DNA of 59,385 nucleotides from Candidatus Saccharimonadota bacterium (GCA_013332955.2 JABCPS020000021.1:1-59385), one strand, 5' to 3'; shown: positions 38,720-49,544, counted from the first letter of the stretch. Made by a program: numbers and translations. The notes: generated by a model from the letters alone, not told the origin.

Positions 38720-40539
38720 ATGAGTATCTTTGATTTTATTAAAAAAGGACCGAGCGCACAGACAGGCGCAAATAGTGCTGGTAGTGCCGTGGCCGGTGCG
38801 GAGAGTGCGGAAATTTTAGCCAATCTAGTACTAAACACGATTGATAGTGGCGTGATTATTGTGTTGCCAACTGGAGTAATTGAATACATCAATCCAGCAG
38901 CAGTAAGTTTACTAGGTGGACAGATGGCGCAAAATTTCTTGGGGGCCAAATTAGAAGATATTTTGAAACTTGAAAACGGCCAAGGCGTAGCGATTCCAGC
39001 GCAAAATAACCTGGTTTTCTATGCGGTAATAATGGCCAAAATTACACCACGCGCGAATATTTCTTGGTTAATTTGCAAGGCCAAAAAAAGCCCGTGGCAT
39101 TCAAAGTTATTACGGCGCATTCACCAAAAAATGAACGTATCGTGACTTTTTATGACATTACTTCCGAACTTGAGGCTGAGAGTGAGCAGACCGAATTTAT
39201 TTCGACGGCTTCCCATGAGATGCGCACACCAGTAGCCTCCATCGAAGGGTATCTTGGATTAGCTCTGAACCCAAAAACCGCCACGATTGACGAGCGTGCG
39301 AAAAAATATTTGGAAGAGGCGCATAAATCTTCTCAACATCTCGGTAAATTACTCAGGGATCTTCTCGATGTGACCAAGCTTGATGATAAAAGAATCAAAG
39401 CACACCTCACGCCGATTGAGGTAACTTCCACGGTGCGCTCGATTGCGGAAGGTCAAATTCCAAAAATGAGGGAAAAAAATATTCATTTCACTTTTGGTTC
39501 TTCCTCTTCCGCGAATATGAACGGCGGGCGTGTGATTAATCAAGAGGTTTTTGCGGCGGTCGATGTGGATTTTTTGCGTGAGATTATTAATAATCTGATC
39601 GAAAATGCGATTAAATATACCAATAACGGGGGTGGGATTTGGGTAAATGTGCGCGGCGATGGCGACCGTGTTTTGATTAATGTAACAGACACTGGTATTG
39701 GTATTTCCCCGGAAGATAGCAAGCATGTTTTTCAGAAATTTTATCGTGCGGACAATTCAGAAACTCGCACGATTGGCGGAACAGGCCTAGGCCTCTATAT
39801 CGTGAAGGAACGCGTGGAAGCCATGAGTGGTTCGACTTGGGTGGAAAGCACCTTCGGTGAAGGCTCGACTTTTTATGTAGCCTTCCCTCGCCTGACCTAT
39901 GAAGAATATCTCCGTCGCAAACAGATCGAGGCCAATACTCAGGCAATGACACCACAAAATTCCGTTGCTTCTAATCCTGCTGTTTCTGCTTCTAATGAGA
40001 ATCAAACCCCGACGCCAATGCAGTTTTCGACCGAGATGAACACTCCGGCGCCAGCAGCAGTGCCAGTCCAACCACCAGCACCAGCACCGAGTGAAGCAAT
40101 CACACCAGCCCAAGCGGAAGTGTCAACTCCGACAATAGCAAATACACCGGTTCAAACTCAAGCACCTATGCAAAGACCAACAACGTCGACTATGCCAGTT
40201 CAGACATCAGCGCCAGCTCCAACTGAACCAACCGCATCATCCGCACCTGCAGCTCCGATGACACCTGCGGCACCAGTTATGTCAACCATACAATCCAATC
40301 CATTTCTACAGAACAGCGCTACCCCAACTCAAAACGCGCCAGCTTCGCCAACTGTACCAAATACACAAAGCATACCGACCGCGCCAATTAATCCCGACTC
40401 AACTCCAGCTGCAACAGTCAACCCAGTCTCGACTCCGATTACACCAGTCAATCCTGCCCCGACTCAAGCTGCGCCGATTAACCCAGCTATGCCTACCCCA
40501 CCAATTACGCCAACTAACCCAAACATCTTAAATAAGTAA
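38720..40539 (+). pseudogene. PAS-domain sensor histidine kinase split by a 1-bp frameshift near 39027-39030 (or a sequencing error)
   Basis: ORF 38720 holds the first half of the PAS domain (IDSGVI..YINPAA). The shifted frame continues NNGQNYTTREYFLVN into FISTASHEMRTP, NLIENAIKY, DTGIGI and GGTGLGL. Confidence 0.85.
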
Positions 40540-40548
40540 GGAGAGAAG

Positions 40549-41202
40549 ATGACAAAAATTTTATTAGTTGAAGACGACCAAAGCTTACGCGAGATTTACG
40601 GAATTAGATTAACGGCGGAAGGCTACGAAATTGCCTCCGCAGGTGACGGTGAAGCGGCTCTTGCTCTAGCAGTAAAAGAACGCCCAGACTTAATTATCTC
40701 CGACGTGATGATGCCAAAGATTTCGGGCTTTGACATGCTCGATATTCTGCGTTCGACACCAGAAACTGCCAATATTAAGGTAATTATGATGACCGCCCTT
40801 TCGGCCGATGACCAAAAAGCCCGTGGTGAATCATTAGGGGCGGATCGCTTCCTGGTAAAATCCCAAGTTGGTATCGAAGACGTGGTGAATGCTGTTCATG
40901 AAGTCTTAAATGACACAAACGGCGCACCGACTACTACGGCAACCGCTCCAACTACAGATAATATGATGACACAATTTATGGCCACCCCAGCTCAATCCCC
41001 AGTCCAGCCAGTCGCACAAGCGCAACCAGCAATGCCAACTGTACAAGTACAGCCAGTAGCACAAGCACAACCCGTAGTGTCAGCACCATCCGTTTCGCCA
41101 ACACAGCCTATCTCACAAACACAACCCGTCATGCCAACACAACCTGTCGCTCCAGCTCAACCACCAATTAATAACCCTAACCCATTTTTAGGAATTGTAT
41201 AG
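40549..41202 (+). CDS. Response regulator, receiver domain only, with Pro/Gln-rich tail
   Basis: ILLVEDD, DLIISDVMMP and FLVKS motifs; no DNA-binding domain. Confidence 0.93.
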   Translation: MTKILLVEDDQSLREIYGIRLTAEGYEIASAGDGEAALALAVKERPDLIISDVMMPKISGFDMLDILRSTPETANIKVIMMTALSADDQKARGESLGADRFLVKSQVGIEDVVNAVHEVLNDTNGAPTTTATAPTTDNMMTQFMATPAQSPVQPVAQAQPAMPTVQVQPVAQAQPVVSAPSVSPTQPISQTQPVMPTQPVAPAQPPINNPNPFLGIV

Positions 41203-41878
41203 ATTAAATAAATTTTTAGCCGAACAAACTGGTGTTTCGCGTCGAGAAGCCGATAATCTAATCGCGGACGGTCGCGTGAGGATTAATCAGAAGATCGCCG
41301 TGCTAGGCCGTCGATTCGATGAAACTCACGATGAGGTCTTTTTGGATGGTCAAAAAATTGAAGAGCGTAAGGGTTTTACCTATCTAATCTTGAACAAGCC
41401 CGAAGGATATGTTTGCTCCAAGAAGCGTCAGGGTGACACGCCGACACTTTTTGAGCTTTTACCAGAAAAATATCAGGGTTTGAAAACTGTGGGAAGACTC
41501 GATAAGGACAGTTCAGGATTAATTTTATTGACCAACGACGGTGATTTCGCTTTCTCGATGACCCATCCAAAGTTTTTCAAAATCAAAAGCTACATCGTAA
41601 GACTGAATCGCCCACTCGCGCCACTACATCAGCAAATGATTTCCGATATAGGCATTGATTTACCAGATGGTAAAAGCAAATTGTTTCTTAAAAAAGAGGG
41701 GGCTGACCCGAGTGGCTGCACATTCTTAGTAGAAATGAGCGAAGGTAGGAATCGTCAAATTCGCCGCACTTTCCTAGCGGTAGGATACAAAGTCGTAAAA
41801 TTACATCGTATTGAATTTGGGCGATACACCCTAGAGAACTTAAAGGATGGTGATTTTAAGGAGGTGGAAAAAAGATGA
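41195..41878 (+). CDS. rRNA pseudouridine synthase, RsuA/RluB family
   Basis: S4 domain RLNKFLA..SRREAD, LNKPEGY, VGRLDKDSSGLILLTNDGD and EGRNRQIRR. Confidence 0.95.
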   Translation: MYRLNKFLAEQTGVSRREADNLIADGRVRINQKIAVLGRRFDETHDEVFLDGQKIEERKGFTYLILNKPEGYVCSKKRQGDTPTLFELLPEKYQGLKTVGRLDKDSSGLILLTNDGDFAFSMTHPKFFKIKSYIVRLNRPLAPLHQQMISDIGIDLPDGKSKLFLKKEGADPSGCTFLVEMSEGRNRQIRRTFLAVGYKVVKLHRIEFGRYTLENLKDGDFKEVEKR

Positions 41879-42750
41879 AAGTATTGATTATCGGCAAGAA
41901 TATTAAAAACGTTTATCTTTCTCTGGATGCCAAAAATTTTGAACTAGACAAAAACCAGAATGCGCACCTCGATTTAGCTTACGATGGTGGCGAAAAATAT
42001 TATAATGATCGCTTCAGTATTATGACTGGCCAGAAACTAGCCGATGAAGTAATTTCCAATTTTCGCATCGAGACTGAGACGGCTTTTAGCCCGGAAAATC
42101 CAGAAACTTGTGATGATTTTCAATATATTTTGCTTTCGAAAAATAACTATATAAATTTGGCGCCAGAATTTGTCAAACAGTGCGACTTTAATGGCAAAAT
42201 TCTAGAAAAACGCACGGCCAAATTCGATTATATTTACATTGATTGGTCGGCAGAATTAAATAACGTGCAGATTAAGACAATTTTGGACTACCTAGAGTCA
42301 CATCCAAAAACTAAATTAGCCTGGTGTTTTGATCGCTCGGAACTACCAAAATTACTCAGTGCGCCAGATTTAAGCAAAACAAATTTGACGACTTTTTATC
42401 GCCTCCTGCAACGAGCAGAAATTGTATTTGTGATGGGTAAAAAATCCCAAATGATGCGAGTAAAACAAATTTTAGGTACGCTTTCGACCTTAAAATTAAT
42501 TTATATAACCGAAAACCAAATCCTGGCGGGAGTGTTCAAGGAAGATTTTAGAAACAAGGATATAAAGGTGACGCGCGATGTAGCGGCGACAATTATTGCG
42601 GGCACAATTTTCTCTGCACTAATTACCGATTGGAATTTACAGCGTGCCTTGATGCTTGCGAAAATTAATGTAGAAAATTCAAAGGCCAATAAAACTCTAA
42701 AGATTAATCAATTATCTGATAAGCTGCGTGAAGCCTTAGCGATCAGATGA
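41875..42750 (+). CDS. Hypothetical protein, possibly a degenerate PfkB/ribokinase-like fold
   Basis: MKVLIIG start and a C-terminal helix pattern resembling the PfkB end; no intact DxxGAGD motif. Confidence 0.6.
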   Translation: MKVLIIGKNIKNVYLSLDAKNFELDKNQNAHLDLAYDGGEKYYNDRFSIMTGQKLADEVISNFRIETETAFSPENPETCDDFQYILLSKNNYINLAPEFVKQCDFNGKILEKRTAKFDYIYIDWSAELNNVQIKTILDYLESHPKTKLAWCFDRSELPKLLSAPDLSKTNLTTFYRLLQRAEIVFVMGKKSQMMRVKQILGTLSTLKLIYITENQILAGVFKEDFRNKDIKVTRDVAATIIAGTIFSALITDWNLQRALMLAKINVENSKANKTLKINQLSDKLREALAIR

Positions 42751-42835
42751 ATTACGGAAGCTCTAATTATTAGACAAACTATGTGAAGCCTTGGCGATTA
42801 GATAAAATAACCTACTGAATAAGCTCCGATTCAAA

Positions 42836-42862
42836 AAAATCCCTAGTCTGACTAGGGATTTT
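42836..42862. terminator. Bidirectional terminator between convergent operons
   Basis: AAAATCCCTAG-tctga-CTAGGGATTTT. Confidence 0.78.
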
Positions 42863-42895
42863 CTAATACTGCAAGACTTAAGCTGAAGGCGGTTT

Positions 42896-45838
42896 TTACT
42901 TGAGAAACTCGCGGAGGTAGATGCCGGTTGGGGTTTGATCATTTTTGGCGATTTGTTCCGGTGTACCTTCGGCGATAATTTGACCACCATGTTGACCACC
43001 TTCTGGGCCCATATCGATAATCCAGTCAGCACTTTTAATCACATGAAGATTGTGCTCAATGATAATCATGGTATTACCACCTGCGACTAGGCGATCGAGG
43101 ATTTTTAGTAAACGATTCACATCATCAGTATGCAGACCGGTGGTCGGCTCATCCAAAATATAAAGGGTTTTGCCGGTCGAACGACGAGAAAGTTCGGTAG
43201 CAATTTTAATACGTTGAGCTTCACCACCCGAGAAAGTAGTGGCAGATTGACCAAGACGAATATAGCCAAGGCCAACTTCCTGAATCGTCTTCAGCTTATT
43301 AGCAATGGCAGGAATATTCTCGAAGAACTCCACCGCCTCGTCAATGGTCATATTTAAGACATCCGAAATATCCTTACCCTTATATTTCACCTCGAGCGCC
43401 TCACGATTATAGCGCTTACCGTGACAGGTTGGACAAGTCACATAGACATCTGGCAGGAAGTGCATTTCAATCTTATTTACACCGTCACCTTGACAGGTTT
43501 CACAGCGCCCACCCTTAACATTGAAGGAGAAACGACCGGCCTTGTAGCCACGAATTTCCGCCTCTGGCTGAGTGGCAAAGAGTTCACGAATGGCAGTGAA
43601 GACCCCCGTATATGTCGCCGGATTCGAACGTGGCGTACGACCGATTGGGCTCTGATCAATTACAATACATTTATCTAGATTATCAATGCCGTCAATACGA
43701 TCATGTTCACCAGCTACGGTTTGAGCACGATGAAGACGAGCAAGTAATTCGTTAGCCAGAATTTCATTGACTAGAGTAGATTTACCAGAGCCAGAAACGC
43801 CAGAAACTACCGTCATAACCCCGAGTGGGAATTTAACCGTAAGATTTTTTAGGTTATTTTCCCTGGCGCCGACCACGGTGAGATATTGATTGAGCTTTGA
43901 CTTGCGACGGGTTTTCGGCACAGAGATTTTCTTGGCACCAGAGAGATATTTACCAGTGAGAGATTCAGGGTCACGCGCGATTTCCTCTGGCGTGCCAGCG
44001 GAAATCACCTGACCACCACGCGCACCAGCCCCTGGACCAATATCGACCAAATAATCCGCACTCATCATAGAATCTTCATCATGCTCGACCACCAGCACGG
44101 TATTCCTAAGGTCGCGAAGATGCCTCAAGGTCGAAATAAGCTTATCATTATCACGTTGATGAAGACCAATCGATGGCTCATCCAGCACATAAAGTACACC
44201 CTGGAGACCAGAACCGATTTGGGTGGCGAGACGAATACGTTGAGCTTCCCCACCAGAGAGAGTATTGGCGGCACGGCTGAGCTCAAGATAACCTAGACCG
44301 ACGTCTTGCATGAATTTGACGCGCTCACGAATCACCTTGAGAATTGGACGGGCAATCAGCGCTTCCGCTTCGGTAAATTCGAGATCCTGCGACAGTACAT
44401 CAAGCATGGCATCAACGTCGAGATTACAAAAATCATTAATATTGAGGCCGTGAATAGTGACAGCGAGCACGACCGGTTTTAATCTAGCGCCATGACAAGT
44501 TTGACACTCGTGCACGCGCATAAAACGCTCGATATCCTTACGCATAAAATCCGAGTCGGTTTCCTTGTGGCGACGTTCAAGAGTCGGGATGACACCTTCA
44601 TAAATTGATTCATAGGTCGCCCCATCCTTAAACTTACCGGAGCCAGAAATTTTGACTTCGTATTTTTCATTGCCAGTGCCATAAAGGATTAAATGTTTTT
44701 GTTCTTCGGTGAGCTCACGAATTGGTACGTGAATCGAAAAACCATGACGCGCGGCGACGGCGGAGAGACGCTTGAGCCACCATGAATCACTCTGGACACG
44801 GTTAAACGGGCGAATACCGCCTTCGGCAATAGTAAGATTTTGGTTGAATACGAGATTCGGGTCGATTTCCATGCGCGTACCAAGACCCGTACAGGTCGGA
44901 CAGGCGCCTTGAGGGGCATTGAAGGAAAAGAGACGTGGCTCGAGCTCTGGGATTAATTCATCTGGATGAACTGGACAGGCGTAACGTTGGGAATAAGTAA
45001 GAACTTCGGTATTAGATTTACCGAGATTCTTCCCTTCAATCGTGGAAGAATTGTCATTAATCTTGAGCAGCATAATTAGCCCCTGCCCAAGCTCGAGAGC
45101 CTGCTCGATGGAGCTAGAAATGCGGGAATAAAGTTCTGGGTTCAAAATAAAGCGATCGACTACTAGTTCAATATCGTGGCGTTCCTGTTTTTCAAGAGTC
45201 GGAAATTCATCTAGGGCATAAACCACACCATCCACGCGCACGCGAGAGAAACCCTTTTGGAGGTACTGTTCAGAGATGTGGAGAAATTCACCTTTTTTCT
45301 GCTGCACGATTGGCGCAAGTAGCATCAATTTGGAACCAATCGGAAGCTTCATAACTTCGTTGACGATATCTTCCACGGAACGCTTAGAAACTTCGCGGTG
45401 ACAAATCGGACAATGCGGCACACCGACACGCGCAAAAAGTAGACGCAAATAATCATAAACTTCCGTGACCGTAGCGACAGTGGAACGAGGGTTTCTAGAA
45501 GTAGATTTCTGATCAATAGATATGGCCGGCGAAAGTCCGGTAATGGTATCAAAGTCTGGCTTATCCATCACGCCGAGAAACATACGCGCATAAGAGGAGA
45601 GCGACTCGACATAACGACGCTGACCTTCGGCATAAATTGTATCGAAGGCGAGGCTAGATTTACCAGAACCAGAAAGCCCGGTAATCACCACGAGTTTATC
45701 GCGTGGGATATCGAGGTCGATGTTCTTGAGATTATTCTGCCTAGCGCCACGAATCTTGATGTAATTGTCTGGGTTATCCTTCAGGAGTGCCTTACCACCC
45801 GGAGAAAGTAGACCCTTATTTTTTGTTAGTTTTTCCAC
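42896..45838 (-). CDS. uvrA: Excinuclease ABC subunit A
   Basis: Two ABC modules (GLSGSGKSS and [18 protein letters not shown] and FSGGEAQRI) and Zn-finger CxxC pairs. Confidence 0.99.
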   Translation of the reverse strand: MEKLTKNKGLLSPGGKALLKDNPDNYIKIRGARQNNLKNIDLDIPRDKLVVITGLSGSGKSSLAFDTIYAEGQRRYVESLSSYARMFLGVMDKPDFDTITGLSPAISIDQKSTSRNPRSTVATVTEVYDYLRLLFARVGVPHCPICHREVSKRSVEDIVNEVMKLPIGSKLMLLAPIVQQKKGEFLHISEQYLQKGFSRVRVDGVVYALDEFPTLEKQERHDIELVVDRFILNPELYSRISSSIEQALELGQGLIMLLKINDNSSTIEGKNLGKSNTEVLTYSQRYACPVHPDELIPELEPRLFSFNAPQGACPTCTGLGTRMEIDPNLVFNQNLTIAEGGIRPFNRVQSDSWWLKRLSAVAARHGFSIHVPIRELTEEQKHLILYGTGNEKYEVKISGSGKFKDGATYESIYEGVIPTLERRHKETDSDFMRKDIERFMRVHECQTCHGARLKPVVLAVTIHGLNINDFCNLDVDAMLDVLSQDLEFTEAEALIARPILKVIRERVKFMQDVGLGYLELSRAANTLSGGEAQRIRLATQIGSGLQGVLYVLDEPSIGLHQRDNDKLISTLRHLRDLRNTVLVVEHDEDSMMSADYLVDIGPGAGARGGQVISAGTPEEIARDPESLTGKYLSGAKKISVPKTRRKSKLNQYLTVVGARENNLKNLTVKFPLGVMTVVSGVSGSGKSTLVNEILANELLARLHRAQTVAGEHDRIDGIDNLDKCIVIDQSPIGRTPRSNPATYTGVFTAIRELFATQPEAEIRGYKAGRFSFNVKGGRCETCQGDGVNKIEMHFLPDVYVTCPTCHGKRYNREALEVKYKGKDISDVLNMTIDEAVEFFENIPAIANKLKTIQEVGLGYIRLGQSATTFSGGEAQRIKIATELSRRSTGKTLYILDEPTTGLHTDDVNRLLKILDRLVAGGNTMIIIEHNLHVIKSADWIIDMGPEGGQHGGQIIAEGTPEQIAKNDQTPTGIYLREFLK

Positions 45839-45915
45839 GTTTTTAGTCCCATTAATATACTTAAATCAATCAGGAATTATAACAAAAAATTAGCGTTTTG
45901 TCGAGATAGGCAAAT

Positions 45916-47928
45916 TTAAGACCTAAGCGTAAAGTAGCCTGGAGCTCCAGATCGATCAATACGGAGAGCTTCAGGCCCAACATTATTTGGAGTAGATGAA
46001 GACCAGCCATTGTTCCCCACTAAATTCACACGATTAGCAAAAACTAAAACATTCTTAGGCGCAACAACGCCTGCAGAGACTGCGCGTGAAATATCCCAGT
46101 CACCCGAAGTATAGATTCTAGTCAGTCGATTATCTGTAGTAAAACTCGCAAACATATAACCGAAATTTTCCACCTTTGGTGTAGTGAATGATCTTAAATC
46201 TAACTCTGTTAAATTATCATCCATTGAAAACATGCTAGACATGTCGGTCACATTTGCGGTATTAAAATGAGAAAGATCTATCGTTTTTAATTTGATCATT
46301 TGATAGAACATCGACCCCATATTTGTTACCTTGTCGGTTCTAAAATGACTGAGGTTTAGATGTTCAAGTTTTTGCACCTGCGAGAACATACCAGACATAT
46401 TTTCGACATTCTCAGTGTTAAAGCTGCTAACATTCAGGGACGTTAAGTTAGTCATATTATTAAACATCGAGGACATATTCGTCACCTTAGAGGTATCGAA
46501 ATTGGAGAGATCAAGCGTAGTGAGATTAGATACGCTATCAAACATAGAATACATATTTATCACCTGAGAAGTATCAAAGTTGGAAAGATTGAGCGTGGTG
46601 AGACTAGACATATTGTAAAACATAAGACTCATATCCGTCACCTTAGAGGTATCGAAGCTTGAGAGATTAAGAGTGGTAAGATTACGCATGCCATAAAACA
46701 TAGCTCCCATACGCGTCACCTTAGAGGTATCGAAGCTGGAGAGATCAAGCGTAGTGAGATTACGCATGCCATAAAACATATCTTGCATATTTGTTACCCG
46801 GGAGGTGTCGAAGTTAGAAAGATTAAGAGTGATGAGATTAGACAAGTCATAAAACATAGCACTTATATCCGTCACCTTAGAGGTATCGAAGCTGGAGAGA
46901 TCAATAGTAGTGAGATTAGATACGCTAGCAAGCATAGAATTCACATTCGTCACCTGGGAGGTATCGAAGTTTGAGAGATTAAGGGTGGTGAGGTTAGACA
47001 TACCACGAAACATAGAGCTCATATTCGTCACTTGAGAGGTGTCAAAATTGGAGAGATCTAGATCTAAGATATTTTTTATTTTTTGTTCACCATATTTTGA
47101 AAAGAACATCTCACTACTATCTGCATTTAAATAAACCTTCTCTGTTTCAGCATAATAATAAGCAGTCTTATCTGTCGGGTCTAGCCAGAGCTTGATTTCA
47201 TAATCAGAGTACTCGTCATCTATATTTACAGTACTCATGGACACAGCTGGAGCTACGGTACCCTTCTTAAAATGTTCGATTTTATTTGTAGTAGTTTCGA
47301 GGGATTTTAATTTTGTATTAAAATCAGGACCTTCGGTTATAACGGCGATACGGTCATAATTATTAGTCAGAATCGAAAAGATCAATTTATTTGTATATCT
47401 ACCACTTTCAAGATTATCGCTTAATTTCATGCCAATACTGAGTTGATTTGACTCATTACCATTAGTCTTCCCTGAGGTTTGAAGAATTTGTGCTGGGGTA
47501 GATAAAGCTGGGATCGGTGCATAATTTGTCGAAGAGCCAATTTTATAACCCCAAGAATTATTTGGCAAATTACCTAAAGGTAAATTCGTACTAACTGAAT
47601 CAATTTTCGCCCCAGTAGTCGAATTATTATTAGTTAGCGCTGTATTTTCGGTTTCCGCGCTTAAAGTCGCAGTGTAACCTGTACGGTTATTCGTATTGAT
47701 TGTAAGATTTAAAGGAATCTCTATGGTTTTATTTGTAGAATTAATCACCTGGTTCCCGTTCACTGAAACTGCAGATTGATCCACCGAGGCGGAAAGCGTT
47801 GGAATAAATAAAGCTTCAACATTCTGAGTTTTAAAACTAAGTAAGGTGAACGAAATAAAAAAAATGAATGCAAATGAAGTTTTTTTATACGCAAGAATAA
47901 TGTGAGAGAGTGAATTTTGGCTATTCAT
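45916..47928 (-). CDS. BspA-like / DUF285 LRR surface protein
   Basis: Signal, shared N-domain (TINTNNRTGY..NSWGY..SGRYTNKLIFSILTN), about 12 regular 26-aa repeats, LRIDRSGAPGYFTLRS end. Confidence 0.92.
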   Translation of the reverse strand: MNSQNSLSHIILAYKKTSFAFIFFISFTLLSFKTQNVEALFIPTLSASVDQSAVSVNGNQVINSTNKTIEIPLNLTINTNNRTGYTATLSAETENTALTNNNSTTGAKIDSVSTNLPLGNLPNNSWGYKIGSSTNYAPIPALSTPAQILQTSGKTNGNESNQLSIGMKLSDNLESGRYTNKLIFSILTNNYDRIAVITEGPDFNTKLKSLETTTNKIEHFKKGTVAPAVSMSTVNIDDEYSDYEIKLWLDPTDKTAYYYAETEKVYLNADSSEMFFSKYGEQKIKNILDLDLSNFDTSQVTNMSSMFRGMSNLTTLNLSNFDTSQVTNVNSMLASVSNLTTIDLSSFDTSKVTDISAMFYDLSNLITLNLSNFDTSRVTNMQDMFYGMRNLTTLDLSSFDTSKVTRMGAMFYGMRNLTTLNLSSFDTSKVTDMSLMFYNMSSLTTLNLSNFDTSQVINMYSMFDSVSNLTTLDLSNFDTSKVTNMSSMFNNMTNLTSLNVSSFNTENVENMSGMFSQVQKLEHLNLSHFRTDKVTNMGSMFYQMIKLKTIDLSHFNTANVTDMSSMFSMDDNLTELDLRSFTTPKVENFGYMFASFTTDNRLTRIYTSGDWDISRAVSAGVVAPKNVLVFANRVNLVGNNGWSSSTPNNVGPEALRIDRSGAPGYFTLRS
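46430..47070. repeat. 78-bp period tandem repeat array encoding LRR units
   Basis: CGTCACCTTAGAGGTATCGAA is identical at 46480, 46636, 46714 and 46870, all multiples of 78 apart. Confidence 0.9.
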
Positions 47929-47973
47929 GTATATATTTTATCATAAGCACGATAAAATACTTGCTGTTTTCCC

Positions 47974-49524
47974 CTAAGAAACCAACTCGAACCACATCTT
48001 GAGATCTTCGAGGGTAGAATCGAGAATTTTGCGGCCGTCGGCAGTTTCACCAGTAGTTTGATAATGTTTCAATAAATCGTTCATCGCTTGAATAAAGCCA
48101 GGGGTCTGACGGGCGATTCTAGCGGCACGGTATTTTTCAAATTTCGCGATCTCATCCTGGCTGAGCGCGTTTGGAAAATTTCGCCCCTTATAATTCAGCA
48201 ATAATGAATCGAGGCGCTCGTCCTGAAAAAGTGGGTGAAAATCAGCCAGCTCATTAGCACGAAGATTCGGCACCATAGAGGCTTGTCTTCTATCTTCATT
48301 ATTTAAGAAACCATCATAAAGTCTAGCTTCGGCCTCTTCTAGTTTATCAAAATTACGCTCACGGGTGAATAATTCTCGCATCCGCTCAATGAATTCTGGG
48401 TGATCCTTAAGTGTTTTAAGATTTTGCTCAATTTGGGATTTTTCGAGCTTAATTTTTTGCCAGCCAGTGGTGCCGGCCGGAAATTCCTCGACCCCATTCG
48501 AACTAGATTCGGTGCTCTCAACGTCTAAAACCGAGAGTGGCGCGACTGCCGGACATTTACTCGGGGTTAATTCTTTGACATATTTCGAAAAATCGAACCA
48601 AGTTTGATATTTTTTGCCAGTGCGACTGACTTTTTCTTCGGGTTTAAATTCCTTTTCTGCCTGCAAAACTTCATCGACATTGTAGCGCAAATCGAAGACT
48701 AAGATATTTTGATTTTTTCCTGGTGCGATTGGTATAGCGACGGTGGTGTGATTGGTTTTACTCGAATAATGACCACTAGTATAGACAAAAGGCGTGGCAG
48801 AATCGATGGAAAGGTTTGTGGCGTTAAGAAAACGCAGGAGCTGTTTCTTGTCGCGTAGTTTTAAGAGAAAATCGAGTAATTTTGGCTGCTTTTCATGAAT
48901 AATTTTCGCTACGGCGATCGTGGCATAAATATCGGAAAGCGCATCATGGGCATGTTCGTGGGTAATGCCGTTCATGGCAGTGAGAAGCTCGAGGCGGTTG
49001 GTTGGTTTTTTCTCGCCAGTCTTAGAATCTACAGCAACTGGCCAATTAATTCCCTCTGGACGCAGCGCGCGTACCATACGAACGGCATCCAAAATATCGA
49101 ATTTACTACGACCATCGAGATATTGCCAAGTGTATGGATCATAGAAATTGCGCCAAAATAGATAGCGGATAAATTCATCATCAAAACGCACAGAATTAAA
49201 GCCACAAATAATAGTATTCGGAGTAAAAATCTCCTCTTGCAAGATCTTACAAAGTTCCGGCTCCGAAAGTCCATCCATACGCGTATCGTTCGGGGTAATA
49301 TTGGTCGTGACGATAGCGTATGGGCTAGGCAAAGTGTCTTCATCGAGACGCACGAAGAGATTAACCGGATCACCGATGGGATTAAATTCCAAATCGGTGC
49401 GCTGACCAGCAAACTGCATGATGCGATCCTCGCGCGGATTAATACCCGAAGTCTCCAAATCATAGAAGAAAAAGGTAGGTGGATGATTAGTGGCCAGATA
49501 ATCCGGATCAAAATTGTGATTCAT
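47974..49524 (-). CDS. sbcB: Exodeoxyribonuclease I
   Basis: FFYDLETSG, QFAGQRTD, GFNSVRFDDEF, RPEGINWP and HAHDALSDIYAT motifs. Confidence 0.95.
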   Translation of the reverse strand: MNHNFDPDYLATNHPPTFFFYDLETSGINPREDRIMQFAGQRTDLEFNPIGDPVNLFVRLDEDTLPSPYAIVTTNITPNDTRMDGLSEPELCKILQEEIFTPNTIICGFNSVRFDDEFIRYLFWRNFYDPYTWQYLDGRSKFDILDAVRMVRALRPEGINWPVAVDSKTGEKKPTNRLELLTAMNGITHEHAHDALSDIYATIAVAKIIHEKQPKLLDFLLKLRDKKQLLRFLNATNLSIDSATPFVYTSGHYSSKTNHTTVAIPIAPGKNQNILVFDLRYNVDEVLQAEKEFKPEEKVSRTGKKYQTWFDFSKYVKELTPSKCPAVAPLSVLDVESTESSSNGVEEFPAGTTGWQKIKLEKSQIEQNLKTLKDHPEFIERMRELFTRERNFDKLEEAEARLYDGFLNNEDRRQASMVPNLRANELADFHPLFQDERLDSLLLNYKGRNFPNALSQDEIAKFEKYRAARIARQTPGFIQAMNDLLKHYQTTGETADGRKILDSTLEDLKMWFELVS

Positions 49525-49544
49525 ACTACTAGTATATGCCTAAA

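Noticed and set aside
45836..45852. Out-of-frame ATG upstream of uvrA with an A5 tract as a phase-variation switch
   Set aside because: The tract is too short and an in-frame GTG start already gives a complete protein; at most a homopolymer error.
46430..47070. CRISPR array or DGR template/variable repeats
   Set aside because: The repeats are in-frame 78-bp coding LRR units without unique spacers. There is no cas or reverse transcriptase gene, and the differences are not adenine-specific.
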